From contig CM075990.1 of the NCBI GenBank assembly GCA_038087875.1, forward strand, positions 9,116,001 through 9,180,000: a DNA stretch of 64,000 bases, given 5' to 3'. Shown piece by piece: positions 1 through 13,655 of the stretch; position 1 is the stretch's first letter; the number at the start of each line of letters is the position of its first letter. The notes beneath the pieces are model-generated. The model did not search any database. It saw only the letters and a program-made list of their open reading frames with translations, and was not told where the DNA came from. Origin of the DNA: Malacoraja senta. Lineage: Eukaryota. The position numbers were made by a program, and so were the translations under genes.

Positions 1-331
1 TTGAGAAGCTCTCACGGTCCCGACATACCATCATTCCCAAAGCCTGCACTCTGAAGATTGTTCAACTTTGGCGACAGTCGCGAACAAAGCACATAAAAGT
101 AGATAATTCCCCACCACCTGATGAGATGTATCTTAAATTATGACAGAAAAGAAAGGAAGAGAACTGGGGATTTGACAGAATTTTTCAGTGTATTTGGCTG
201 CAGCAAAGCTGCTAAATAACTACGACAAATGTGTAACTTTATTTAAGATGAGCAGCAGGAATAAGTCAGTTAATTACAAGCTGGAATGTCCCACTGAGTG
301 GCAGCTGGATGATACGATAGATAGTAAGAAG

Positions 332-702
332 CTTTCCCTCTAGGAGAGGTGTCTATAACTATAACTAGAGAGGATAGATTTATGGTTAGAGGTGGAAAAT
401 TTAGAAGAAATTTCAGGGAGAATTTTTTCAGCCACAGGTGATTGCCATCTGGATGGGACTGGCTAAGAAAGTGATGTAGGCAGGTGCTCACAATAAATTT
501 AAGATGTATTTAGATGGAAGAAGCTGCAGAGGTGGGTACAATTATGACATTTCAAAGGCACTTGGACAGGTGCATGGATAGGAAAAGTTTGGAGGGTACA
601 GGGACAGGCCCAGGCAACGCGACCAGCTCTGTCAGGCAACTTGGTTAGCATGATTGAGTTGGGCCGAAGATCCTGTTTGCATGCAGTATTGCTCTCTGAC
701 TC
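332..702 (+). mobile_element. CR1 (HER1-like) LINE 3' fragments
   Basis: Degenerate CR1 ORF2 C-terminus and 3' tail (ggacaggtgcatggataggaaaagtttggaggg...gttgggccgaagatcctgttt), matching other CR1 copies in the window. Confidence 0.7.
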
Positions 703-2047
703 GATCAGTAAGCAATTTTTAACAGTAACTTCATCACATTCACCAACCCAAACGTTATTTAACCAATTGGTCTTTCCCTTCTGAGATGTGGATAAATTAG
801 TTGCTGCAATTCATCCCATTCCAACAATTGCTTCACTTCCAAGGTAATTGATTGTAAATACGTAGAAATTTCTGCAGAGGGAATGGTTAAAAAGCAATTT
901 TTTTCCCCCTCTTTTTAGGCGGTTCTGGTACACAATAATCGTTGTCAATCAATTTGCTAGTAATCAGAAAATTCACATCAAAATAAAACCAGCATAGCTG
1001 ATGCTCATTATTATAAACTCCAGGGGACTGACAAAACTGATTCTTCTCATCAAAGTGTGCCTTACTGGAGTATGCATTCCACTCTTGACTACACCGACTA
1101 TAATAGAGCTTTAGGCATGAAAACATTTCTCATAATGAAAGTTTGGCATTAAGAATCTGAAATTGAGATGGAATTAAATAGGGGAACACAACTGAGAGTC
1201 ATATCTATATGAATCTTTGAGCTTCTCAACTGCATTGTCATTACTCTTTATTTTTCTTTCAGAAGCAAATTCACTTTCAAGTTCTCTAGCCCAGAGAGGT
1301 GCAGAAGCTCAGTCATTGAGTGTAACTAAGCTGAAAGAGTTAGGACACCAGGATGATTTGGATAAATGCGAGATAGAGGATGAGCCTTCATCTGTTAGAC
1401 AGTGTTACAAGCTCAAGAGGCCAAATGGCCTACTCCTATTCTACATCTTACATTTCCAGAGAGGTAGAAAATAAGGGAGCTCATTCTGTTGTTATAACAA
1501 TAATCTGCTGCAGGAACTCAGCACGTTGAGCAGCATCTGTGATGGAAAAGGAAATGTTGGCGTTTAGGGTCAAAACTCTGCATCAGAACCTGATGCAGGA
1601 ATTCGACCTATAACTGCTCATCCAGCAGTTTGTTTGTTGCTTTGGATTCCAGTATCTATGCTTGTGTCTGCTGCTATAGCTATGCAACACAATGTTTGCC
1701 CTATGCAGAGAGATTGAGTAGATCAGGGCTGTATTCTCCAGGCTGAACTCATTGAAATGTAAAGCCATACATGGCTTGGCTGACCAGGTGCAGAGAGAAT
1801 TTTGTTGCTAATTGGGGAGTTTAGAACCAAAGATCACCATAGAATAAGGGATTAATTATTTAGGACTGGGATCAATTTTTTTTCATTCATGGGAAATATG
1901 AATCTTTGGAATTCTCCGACCTGAAGGTCACCCAAAGTGGAGGTTCGTTCATCGTGTTTATTCAAACACAGATGGAGTGATTTTTAAGGGAAAACGTATA
2001 GAAGTAGTGCAGGAAAATGCAGGTCAAATAAAAGATCAGCAACGATT

Positions 2048-2160
2048 TTAGTTTAGTTAAAAGGTACAGTGTGGAAACAAGCTCTTTGGCCCACCAAGTC
2101 CGCGTCGACCAGCAATCCCCGCATATTAACACTATCCTACACACACTAGGGACAATTTAC
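2048..2160 (-). mobile_element. HE1-type SINE, 3' part
   Basis: Reverse complement of the gtccctagtgtgtgtaggatagtgttaat...gggcc...taaactaaa tail seen in the full copies. Confidence 0.75.
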
Positions 2161-2189
2161 ATATACAGCTATCTTGTCATAACTATTTA

Positions 2190-3900
2190 TAACTTTAAAC
2201 CCCTTCTAAATCTGTTTCTAAAGGGATAAGAAACCTTCCCCATTGAACTTGATAACTGTACCCTCTCAATACTGTCACCTTTCTCCAGCATGCTTATGAT
2301 GTACAATAAAAAGAAATTATGCACGATAATTTAAATGACCAGTTTCCTAAACAAATTCAACAAAACTTCAGTCCTTTTGAATCCCAGTGTTTAATTTGCA
2401 TTTTGCATCACTCTGCTGACCTGCGATGCTGCTTAAAGTGATTTGTTCACTTTTATGAAAGAATCCTTTTGCTCCACAATTTCATTCACATTTTAACATT
2501 TCCTGTAGAAGATGTTTCCCTTAGAGTTCATTTAACGCATAACTACTGAGTCAGCAAGTTTTTCAATGATATGTTGAAGAATTCTGCTTTTTCAAAGTTA
2601 ACTAATTTCAACTCCCATTTGGAGTCAGCTGCAAATTTTGAAACGTTTCTTGCGTCTAAAACTTGATCTTCTAAATCTCGATATCTACACTTTACCCTAA
2701 GCTTCCATTTCTATTTTCAACAGATTTGCATTTCATTTAGCAGTTTGGCCTGATTCCATAATGTTCTCATTTTTGCTTGAGCAGTGTTATACTTCAAAAA
2801 AGACATTCCAAGCATATGTCAACTACTTTGTTTATTGATTCTTTGATTTAATTCCCGAGATTATACTTGCCATCTACTTTGTAGATGTTTCATAAGAAAT
2901 CTGTGCTAAATGAGAAAGTTGACTAACCTTTCAAAATCTGTGCCAATTATTTTAAAAAATCTATTTTCTCTAGGTTTTATTTTCAAATAGATTCTGAAAG
3001 ATAAATTATTGCCCTGCTCTCTCCTGCCTAACATCCTTGAGTAAGTGTGAGTGGATATCAGAAAAAAATCTTCAAGTACACAGAAAGTGGGCATTTATTC
3101 TATTCTACCACTCAATGAATCATAGAGATTTACGTCCGCACACCTGCCCATTGCCCTTAATACATTTGGTATTGAAAATTTATCATACATTGATTGCACT
3201 TTTGCAATTAGTTTATTTCATATGCCACAAAATTACAGTTCCCAATTTCTTGTATCCACTATATCTCAAAGCATTTCCTATCTTTAAGCCTAAAATGCCT
3301 GTCTCTGGGACCATTTTCTTCTCTCACTCTTCTCCAACAGTTCTTCTTAGAATGAAAACTTTAATCAACTCATCACTTTCCTTTGCATATGTCACTCTAA
3401 AACTTAATGTTGAACATTACCAAGCTGTGCTTACTACACTACAGATGCTCGCTGTCTTACTTCTTTTAGCTGTTCTTGTTCATTATCAGTTAGATAAAGA
3501 CACAGTCATGATATTTCTCTATCTGATGTATACTCAGTGTGAAAGAAGTGTGGAAATACTCAATTCCTTTTTCTCCTGACACAACTATTTCTTGTCTGCT
3601 TATTGATTTTTAGTGCTTTCAGTTTTAAAAGCTGCTACAGTTATTAATGTGTGTCTGGATTTATTTCCATTTTCTTTCTGCAATTCCTCTCCAACTATTT
3701 GATGTTGCAGGAAATATCTTTATTAGGATAGTAAATCCCTTACATTTAAACTCAATTCATTAGAATTGGCAATCCACTATATCCGTACGATTCTTTTTCC
3801 TATAACATTTACATTATCTCTAACTGATACACCCATATCACCTCCCATCCTTTTCCTGCTCCAGTGAAATGTCTGCCGGGTAAATTTCAGTACTTAATGT
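2190..3900 (-). mobile_element. Very old, degenerate CR1/L2-group LINE
   Basis: Minus strand tcaaaatttgcagctgactccaaatggg resembles the RT motif SKFADDTKLG at about 2615-2642. Endonuclease-like remnants lie near 3800-3900. There are many stops. Confidence 0.45.
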
Positions 3901-4444
3901 TGAATTCACTAGTATATCAAACAAAATGCTTCTTATCAAAGTAGCATTACACGAAGTGAAACAAAATCCCCAGGCACTGTAGCCATCTGGAATAAGACAC
4001 ATCTTTTTGAATTATTTGTTGGGATGTCAAACCCCAAAGCACTACACTTAGTTTCCGTGCATTAAAATAATGTAAAGATATAATCTCAATTCTTTAATGC
4101 TCATGTCTATGGATATTATCCAGGAGAACCAAAGTGATTACAATTGGCTGAGACACCATTTTATAATTTTACAAACAATAAACTTCAGTCTACAGTTTTT
4201 GAAGGTAACTAATTCCAAAGACTGCAATTTAAACTGGTGAAATATTTCTAAATTAAATGTCTTCTTCTAAAGCAGTCTCTCGGGGTTGAGAATGATTTGC
4301 TCCAAAGTTCTGTAGGATTTGAGATGGCTGGAGAGTATGATATGGGAACCATAGACTCTCCCACAATTGGGCATGTTATTCATGATCAAGTGCATGGATG
4401 GATTGTCTGGGACGTTGAGTATTTCCTTCAGTGACTGTGCATGA

Positions 4445-4690
4445 CTTCCCCTGCCATTGGGAAGAAGGTACAGGAGCCTGAAAACTGTAACGTCCAGGTG
4501 CAGGAACAGCTTCTTCCCTACAGCCATTCGGCTATTAAACACTACAACCTCAAATAAGCTCTGACCAACATAACTATTATTGTTATTGAAGATAGACACA
4601 AAATGCTGGAGTAACTCAGCAGGACAGGCATTATTATATTGTCTACAGTGAACTATGTTTACATATTCTGTTGTGCTGTTGCAAGTAAAG
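4445..4690 (+). mobile_element. Rex1/Babar LINE 3' fragment interrupted by a Penelope hairpin half (about 4593-4631)
   Basis: Encodes GRRYRSLKTVTSRCRNSFFPTAIRLLN-like C-terminus, homologous to the Rex1 copy at 34.6 kb. Confidence 0.65.
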
Positions 4691-4780
4691 GGCCTGCCCC
4701 ACTTGGGCGTCACGCAGATGGCGCGCAAAGATTTTGTACATCCCAAAATCCTGGGGCGCCGCATGCGACCGCGCGTCACA
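4688..4780. mobile_element. PIF/Harbinger-type MITE fragment (one end)
   Basis: Starts aaagggcctgccccactt, similar to the gcccctgtcccactt TIRs at 8660 and 63561. The other end is not seen. Confidence 0.45.
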
Positions 4781-5913
4781 TATTGCCACATGTGCAAATG
4801 CTCAATGAAATTCTTTTTTGCATACAGTTCAGTCAGGTATTGCCATACCACAGTCCCTGATTAGCAAAGTGTACAGAAATAATCCACATGCAAGAGGTGC
4901 CCAATTTTGGCGCAAATTTCAAAGTCCTGTCCATGCTCTAGATCGATCCGGGGGTGGGGGGGGGGAGAGGGGGGGGCAGTGCACTGGGGCAGAAGTCCAT
5001 AATGCACTGTAGCATCCACTTCAGCTTGGCAGCAATGCTCTGCACATCTGCCAACCAGACGTCAGTGCACTTCAGAACATGTTTGTCAAATTGCATATCC
5101 ACTACAATTATTTTGACATCACATCAGCATGTCTTCAAACTAACTATTGCCATTGAGGAAATCCGAGACTGTTAAACTGTTTTCTAAATAGTAAGACACA
5201 AAATGCACCATTTTGTCATAGCAGCTCCTGTTTTTTAAAGTAATAAACCCTGTTTTACATTTCCAAGATATACAAAACTATTTGTTTTTTCAATAGACTG
5301 CAGCAGCATTTATAAGCTCAATGCCTAATCAATACCCTGCTCTGCATTCAGTTCTGTGACCTCAAGACTAATAATTATCTCATTTAAGGCAATCCATTTA
5401 CGACTGTATTCTTGTATGTGCTATGGCAGCAATCTATCGCAGAGAAGTAATGTAATCATCCCAAGCAGCTAAAATATTTATTTAGATTACTTCTAAAAGT
5501 GAAACAATCAGAATTTGTGAAGGAGAGCAGGATAACAACCTAATGGAAAGAGCCTTGTCCATAACCTCTTCCATCACTTCTCCAGTCCTGAAAAATCAGT
5601 GGTTCAAATTTGCCAAAATGAATTCTCGATAGAACATTATAAAGAAACGCATGAATCATTTGCTCCAGTACCATCTTTGAACACTTCCCCAAAAGGTCAT
5701 GACTTTCAGAGATCCCGAGTCCTTCAATATGGTCATCTTCAAATTAAATTTTACTTAATATAAAGTAACAGGATTAAAATAAGTATTAATAAAGAGATGA
5801 ATTCATTATATAATGTTATATCAATATATTCTTTTGATCCACAAGATACTGTTGATGCTGGAATATTGAGCAAAATATAAAGCATTGGAGGAACAGCAGG
5901 TCAGACGGCATCT

Positions 5914-6665
5914 CAGATCAGATTCAGATTCAAACTTTATTGTCATTGTGCAGTGTCCAAGTACAGAGACAGCGAAATGCAGTTAGCATCTCACCCAGAA
6001 GAGCGAACATAGAATAATGGAACAGTAAAATATATATATGTACATACAGTAGCAGTAGTGCACTTTTTCTGGGGGAAGGAGTGCTCGGGGGGGGGGGGGG
6101 GGGGGGTGACTGGCAATCACCAAGGTGCAGAGTTAAGTAGTGTAACAGCCGCAGGGAAGAAGCTGTTCCTGAACCTGCTGGTCCGGCAACAGAGAGACCT
6201 GTAGTGCCTCCCGGATGGGAGGAGGGTAAACAGTCTGTGGTTGGGGTGAGAGCAGTTCTTGACGATGCTGCGCGCCCTTCACAGACATCGCTTGCTCTGG
6301 ACAGACTCAATGGAAAGGAGTGAGGAACCGGTGATGCGTTGGGCAGTTTTCTCCACCCTCTGCAGTGCTTTCTGGTCGGAGACAAGAGCTGTTACCATAC
6401 CATACTGTGATACAGTTAGTAAGGATGCTCTCGATGGTGCAGCGGTAGAAGTTCACCAGAATCTGAGGAGACAGATGGACCTTCTTTAGTCTCCTCAGGA
6501 AGAAGAGACGCTGGTGAGCCTTCTTGACCAGTGTTGAGGTATTGTGGGTCCAAGAGAAGTCATCAGAGATGTTGACCCCCAGAAACCTGAAGCTGGAAAC
6601 ACGCTCCACCTCCGTCCCGTTAATATGGATGAGGGTGTGCATGCCACCCATAGACCTTCTGTAGG
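5914..6665 (-). mobile_element. Rex1/Babar LINE, 5'-truncated, inserted into a Penelope hairpin (about 5845-5913 and 6720-6800)
   Basis: ORF 6307-6651: INGTEVERVSSFRFLGVNISDDFSWTHNTSTLVKKAHQRLFFLRRLKK...FYRCTIESILT. The 3' end is atgacaataaa plus a (TGAATC)n tail. Confidence 0.85.
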
Positions 6666-8658
6666 AGGATCTTGTGGAGGGTCTTGAGCAAACACAAGTG
6701 GTGGAACTTTCTGTTCAAAGAGGCTAAAGGGTCCCGATCTGAAACGTTATCTGTCTATTCCCTCCACAGACTTGCTGAGTTCCTCCAGCACTTTGTGTTT
6801 TATTCTTATGATTTACATCGCATGAACAGATTATCACTTTAAATTCCATTAGCACAGATTGACATAGATAAAGGGTCTTGATATGGTGGACAAAGTAAAA
6901 TCAAGAAATCATAAGATGTCAGGACTGGAAGTGTTTAGATATCTTATTTTACCTTAGGGCTGGGGAAAGTTACGGAGACAGAGAAGTGATAGTCAGAAAA
7001 GATTGGACAACGATGAGAATTCTAAAAGAATAGCAGCTGACAACAAGTACATAGGAAGGGATGAGAAAAGTTGTAGAGAAAAGAGAGAAGTGAGCAGCTG
7101 TGGTGACAGCGAAGAAATAGGACCAAGCTCAGGCCAAGGGAAGCTAAGGTAAAAAGGTGAATTTGTTTAGCCTCAGGTCAAAAGGTGAAGTCAATTTTGA
7201 GAGAACAGGGTTTCTTATAAGGATTGTCAGGCAATGGTTTTAATCCTCACAATTCGAGCAAAATTTATTCCGGACTAGGTAGTCTCTAAAATGATAAGTG
7301 ATATTTGTTATTAAATAGATCTTCAAAAATGGAAGGGCAGCTCATTGAAATGCATTTTGCCCCTCTAACCCACTCATATTTAACACAGTCATTAGCTGCT
7401 CTAAATCTTCTCAACTGGTCGGCACAATTACAAATCATATGGTTTCCACATTTTCATAAGAATTCAAACCACTGATTTATTTTGAATGTATTTACCTTGT
7501 GTCAAACCATGAATCTGCTTGGCCATCGTATTTTTTTGTCTGTGTTATCAGAGAACACACATGTGACACCAATGACATTCAGGGAAGTAAAGCAACATTT
7601 TATTGATTATTCTGTGCTTCCTTCATAATGTGGTACAATTCACGTACTCTTCGTGAGAACTTCAGACTGTCGGACTTTAGATTTTAACTGTTCCTCTTTC
7701 GACAGGTGCTGCCTGACCTGCTGCTGTTGCCAACATTTTCTGAGTGAGTTAATCTCTGATGGGAATCTCAGAGGGCTTAACCATTTAAAGTGAATTATTA
7801 CTCCAAAAATAATTCATAGCAGTCAGTGCTTCTAAATTTAGGATAGTCTCTGGCTCTATAACTTTTACAAAAAGAGTACGAGGCAAAGCCAGACATCTTT
7901 CAGTAATTAGGCCTAAGTCATACTGTATGAACAAATTGTCATCTTTCTTGTTCCAGTCTCTGAAACAGTAAAAGATCAGGATTAACTGCAGATCGTTCTT
8001 GCTTGTCAGTTGCTCAATGAAAGTAACAATTTTTCCCACCTCCAATAAAATGCATCTCCACTGCTTTCATTCAGGCAGAAATTCAATTAGATTAAAATTG
8101 CTGTTATGTTTGAACTGGGATAACAACCATTAACACAGGGCTGCAGAAGCCCACCATTTCACAAATTACTTCCAAGGTTCTGAATGAAAGAAGGGAATAG
8201 AGCACAACCATACCAGTAATAAACCAGCTTTGAAATGTAGAGGACTAACAACTACCTGAATGAACAATAAATCATGATAATTCAATATTATATTCAATAA
8301 TACCACCTTAATCAAATTAATAGAACAGTGTTTCTAATGTTCTATGATACAAAGGGTAATAGAATATTATCAATATTGCAAATAATGTATTTATTTGTCA
8401 CTTCAAATATGGTTTGACATTGAACCTGACCAACAAAATGGTTTCCTCTCCGCTTTAGTTCACCCAAACTAAACTGAAGATATCCTGAACAAATTCTTGG
8501 TAGGCTTGACCCATTGTAGAAAATGACTCTGCATTTTGCACAATTAGCAGGCATCAAGAATGAACAATGGCAAAATGAGTCAAAAATCATAGCAAAACAA
8601 CGGATTATGTTGGGGGCTTTTAAAATACATGTTGCAAAATTGAATACAGTGAGTCTAA

Positions 8659-9492
8659 TGCCCCTGTCCCACTTAGGAAACCTGAACGGGTGACCTTGCG
8701 CCCCACCCAAGGTTTCCATGAGTCGCCAGAGGGTTTGGTCACTTGCCTGGAAAGCCTCGACCGAAGCGTGAGCTGCATCTACTGACCAAAGATCCTACAG
8801 GATCTTTGCTACCGACCGCACACACACACACACATCGCGAAGGTGGGGGCCAGGGACAGCTGAGGAGCGCTGTCTGCGCGATGAAGAGGAAGTAAACGGC
8901 TGCCACAGAGCACGGCAAGTCCTTTAGAGAGCGCGGGAGGGAGGAAGGGAGAGAAGGGGAAATAAGGGGAGAGAAGGACAGAGAAGGGGAGAGAGAAGGG
9001 GAGAGAGGGGAGAGAGAAGTGGGGAGAAGGGGAGAGAGAAGGGGGGAGAAGGGGGGAGAAGGGGAGAGAGAAGTGGGGAGAAGGGGAGAGAAGAGGGGGG
9101 AGTAAGAGTGGAGACAGTTTTAAGAAGTTTAATAAAGTTAGCAAGCATTTTACCTTCCGGCAGTTCTTCTAGGTCCTGAAAACCAAAGATCCTACAGGAT
9201 CTTTGCTGAAAACTCCAATGAACCAATCAAAATAGCCAGTCAGTGAAGGAGATTGCCTTTGACTGCCTGTAAGTAAATAGCAACCCCACTCCACTGGCTT
9301 CGACCAAACGGCAACCTATTTTTAGTCGAGGCCGTTTTTTTTTTTTTTTAAATAACCGCAGGAACATAGAAGAAGCCGCGACTACGCCATTACGGAGAGT
9401 GACCAAATCCTCCGGGAACCTCACGGAAACCTTGGGTGGGGCGCAAGGTCTCCAGAGGTTTCCGTTCAGGTTTTCTAAGTGGGACAGGGGCA
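8659..9492. mobile_element. Non-autonomous PIF/Harbinger-like DNA transposon (MITE)
   Basis: Long TIRs tgcccctgtcccacttaggaaacctgaacgg... / ...ccgttcaggttttctaagtgggacaggggca, flanked by TAA and TTA. Contains a purine-rich repeat at about 8935-9100. Confidence 0.8.
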
Positions 9493-9982
9493 TTATTCTA
9501 CACGTGAAGCAGACCACAGACCAAGTTCAATGAATCCTACTGCAATCTTTCTCACCTAGACCTTGTAGATTGTCCTGTACTGTGGGTGACACAAAGAACC
9601 TATCTGCTGTAGGACACATACAACCTATCCCAATGTGAATCAGGTACGTAATCTACTCTTTATGGATCAGCCACTGTTGAACAAGTTAAATGAATTCATC
9701 AAATTTCTTCTCAACCCTCTTTGCTCCAATGAAAAATATTCCAGATTCTCATATGTAACCTTACCAGTGAAATTGATCAATTTTGAAACCATCTTAATGA
9801 TATTTTTCTGCATTCTCTCTCTAGGATGCTTCTAAAGTTAGGTGAGTAGGATCAGAAGCAATATTTGATTTGTGTACAAACCAGTTTTTATTTTTAAAAG
9901 GTACTAGACCTAGGGAGACGCGCGGTTGCAGGGGTGGGGGGCCAGCGGCATCACAGACACACTAACCACCCCCACACACATG

Positions 9983-10106
9983 GGGGAGAGGGGGAGGGAG
10001 GGGGGGAAGGAAGGGGGAGGGAGGATGAGGGGAAGGGGGGGGGAGGGAGGATGAGCGGAAGGGGGGAGAGGGGGAGGGGGGAGAGGAGAGGGGGAGGGGA
10101 GTGGGG
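9983..10106 (+). repeat. G-rich low-complexity tract (G-quadruplex-prone)
   Basis: Runs of GGGG separated by A/GA. Confidence 0.8.
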
Positions 10107-11852
10107 TTTGGATAATTTTGGATAATTAAGCAGTATATGGCATCCTCAATATTAAAACCCAGAATTTTAGAAGGAAATACTGTTTTGGACAGTTGGGAGT
10201 TTCAAGTCTATGAGTAGCAAATAAAAAATGCAACCAGTCCTAGCAGCATTTAGGAAACACTTCTGCATATAAAATGCAGTAAAAAATTGGAACAGCAATT
10301 GATGCAAGGTCAATTGTTAACTTTTAACCTGAAATTTTCAGAATTTTATTCATGAACAGAGTTAGCGAATAAGGGTGAAGATCATGAGTTATGTCACAGA
10401 AAAGCCATGATCTCATTAAATTGTGGAAAGGACTCGAAGGGCTAATTGATTACTCTTTCTTTATGGATATGTTGGTGCAGCTTGAGGTTACATTTATAAT
10501 TGTTCCAAAGAAAGGTGCCAGGGCAATGAGAACGTTAAATTGGAATGACTTTGTAAAAATGAAACCAATAGTGTATTTTATCCATACATAATTTGCATTA
10601 AAACTGCAAAATACCTCTTTGCTGATAATATAAAAGGCAGCAGAATATGCTATATACCATGTACCTAGATAGAGATAACATTTGTGCATGTTACCATGCA
10701 TTAGTCTGAAGGTAATGGAAAACTGTTTTAATTAGAAAGATAAACAAAACTTTAATTTGTTTTTGCAGTTTGATGCATGGTTACTTTTGAACAGTCTGGG
10801 TTGTTCTTGACTGCGTATCTTGACTGCGGTTACATTAACTGTTTCTCATGCACCACCATAGCTGGATAACAGGTTATCCCCTGTAAATGCAGGTAGAATT
10901 TATTAATAGTGTATGAACTTGCACTATAACCTTAATCAATTGTCAATTATGCTCAGTATCGAAGATCAGTATAATTTGTGATTAGAACACAATAAACTCT
11001 TAGTTGTTGAAGTGGTGAGGCCAACAGAGCCAGCATGACTGGGAGAAAAGTTGAGTATAGTTTACCACCACTGGAGTGATTATTTTGGTCATGACATGTT
11101 CTCCTGTTACCTCTACAGTTATCAGCCTGATAAAAAATATGGCAGGTGCGAGATAATATGTGAAACCGGTAACAAATGCTTGCTGATTATTTATTTTAGC
11201 ATATATTGGTTTTACCAAGTGCATACCAAAACAATAAAAGGAAAAATAAGTATGATGTTTGAAATTTCCCCCAACTACTTAAGTTTTACTACATGTTACT
11301 ACAGCTGCTACATACTATAATCAACAGATTGAAGCAAGCATTTTAGTTTTTGTCACAGCAACATGAGAGCCGATCTCTGTTCTGAGATATGCATAAACAT
11401 TTTCAGACGGTGGACAGGTTTAGTGTTAATTGTCATAATTTCAACATAAGCTTCATCGAGCTTGGTTGGAAGGTAATGTTCATGATGTTGTTACACAATA
11501 CTTCCTACTATGCCAACCACTGGGTCAGCAGGCTCTGTAAGGACAAGGTATTTGATATTTAAAATGTTTAATTTTGTTTTAACACATCAAAACCCTCCAT
11601 AGACAACAAGTCAGAACAGAAAACTATTAAATCCACTATTCATAACAGGAGATATATTTTGTTAATGTACTTTCTTAATTCGCATGCCAGTACACAAGTC
11701 CTAAATATCGTAACTTTTACCTTGAGTTGGTGCAACAGTATTTCAAACAATGATGGGTATGGAGATATGGAAAATGAAAGACAAACAAATCGAGAAAGGA
11801 TACATGAGGCGAGTGATGATCAGGCTAAGTGATCTGGAGGCAATGGACTTAC

Positions 11853-11951
11853 GGATATTCCTTTATTGACTGTTTGGGTGGTCTTATCGGCATTAGAACA
11901 CGCTGGTCCTTTTGTGGCTGAATTTTCTTTCCGGCAATGACATCTGGTGCT
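11853..11951 (-). CDS. CCSER2: Internal coding exon (99 nt, phase 0/0), STRCHCRKENSATKGPACSNADKTTQTVNKGIS
   Basis: Acceptor tttttttatatacag|AGC and donor TCC|gtaagt. It joins in frame to exon 29102-29188. The CxC...ADKxTQT motif follows the coiled coil in CCSER2 (ADKYTQT) as I recall it. Confidence 0.85.
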
Positions 11952-12300
11952 CTGTATATAAAAAAAACACCAATTGGTCAAATAAACTCCCACATAAAAT
12001 AATGTCAAAACACCTTGGTGTCATGCTTTCCAAGTGTGCTCAATTTAATCAGCTATAGCTCTCAAAGCTTCTTGATTTTAAAGTTCTTATTATCTTGCTA
12101 AAATTTTTACATGGCTTCTCGCCCTAACAAACCTTGCAATTCCTCAATCAAAATTTGACTAATTTGCCCCAACACCTCTCTCTCTTTCTAACTTCCCTCC
12201 AAAATGCCTCGTGCTCCTTTAGCTCTGATCTTATCTACTTCCCACTTCCATCCTTGCAACTATTGGCAACCGCGTTTTTACCAAGCTCATGAATTCAGGA

Positions 12301-12392
12301 TAGACACAGAAAGCTGGAGTAACTCAGCGGGACAGGAAGCATCTCTGAAGAAAAGGAATGGGTGACGTTTCGGGTCGAGACCCTTCTTCAGA
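12301..12392 (-). mobile_element. Penelope-like element terminal repeat (single arm) with hammerhead core
   Basis: Minus strand CTGAAGAAGGGTCTCGACCCGAAACGTC at 12391-12364. The same sequence terminates the GIY-YIG Penelope element at 54.5 kb. Confidence 0.75.
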
Positions 12393-13655
12393 TGTTAGCT
12401 CTTTAAACCTCTTTGTCTACTAATTTCTCCAGAATTACTTAACACAACTCTTTGATAAAGCTTTCCTAATTGCTTTTCCATTATCTTGGCATAAGTTTTT
12501 AACCAAGTGTGTTCCTGTAAAGCACCTTGAAACATCTTACAATTAAGGCTATGCAGCTATTTTACTTTCTGATCCACTATGTCCTCCATTGCAATTTATT
12601 TCAAGGCGAGATACCTGGGGAAGAGAGATACAAGGTAAATATTTTGAAAACCTATCTATTTGTTGCAGCCTCTACACATATAAAAGCGGTCCCTGTATTT
12701 CTTAACACAATATTAGATACGATAGCACATACTGCTGGTCAGAACATGTTGTAGTATCATATGCCAATGGCTCTGTAATCGCAGAGAACATTAAAAAAAA
12801 TAATCAATGCTTTACCTCAAGGCATATACAGGTTTTCTTTTTACAATATCTATCAATATTGAACAACACTTATGATTTGGCCAAATGGTAAATATTTTTA
12901 GAAAACTTCTATTAATGAAACATTTGTTGGACAGAGATTCATTTCTGGAGATGTTGCACCACATTGCAAATCCTGAGGCAAAGCAATTTCTTGCAGTAAT
13001 GAGTTTCTATCCTTATCGTAATGTCCTTATTCTAATCAGGAACAGCTAGACTATACACCAGTCAAACAACACAGATGAATGTGTTCTTTCAGCAGCAGCT
13101 GATGACTCAATTTATACTGTTCTGGTCAGCAAGACATCCTCAGCTTCCAGTGAGCTGAAGGAATCTGGTAGTAATTAAAGCAAAGGACTACAATGTTTAT
13201 AATTCTGTCAAGAGAAAGATGCAGTTATTTTACACCATACAGAATCACTCTGCAACATAATCAATTGAAAAAACATAAATGAAAAATAGAACAGAATGAA
13301 TTAGTACAATCTAATAACCAATAATGGGATATGCTGGTAAAGTGTCCAAGGTTAGGAATTCAATATTCCAGAATATTTATGTTGTGGAAGTGATAGGCAA
13401 AATGAAAAAATATATCACAAATGAGAAAAAAGGAGATAAAGGCAAAGAGAGAAGGGACTACAGCTTGGAAAATAAGTAGTATAGTCAGGTTTCATAGAGC
13501 AAAAACAACAGTATGGGGCCTGACCCCCTGAGTTCCTCCAGCACTTTTGTGTTTTTAACCTAATTGCTACAAGCAATATTTTTCAATATACCTGAAACTC
13601 ACTATACTTGTACATATGACAATAAATCCGACTGGATTTGACTTGATTAATGGCT

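Noticed and set aside
3037..3579. 180-aa ORF (likewise the 194-aa ORF at 4267-4851)
   Set aside because: No domain motifs. These ORFs run antisense to, or across, decayed transposon fragments.
9903..9982. Possible Helitron 3' end (CTAG on the minus strand)
   Set aside because: No clear subterminal hairpin or second end is visible. Insufficient evidence.
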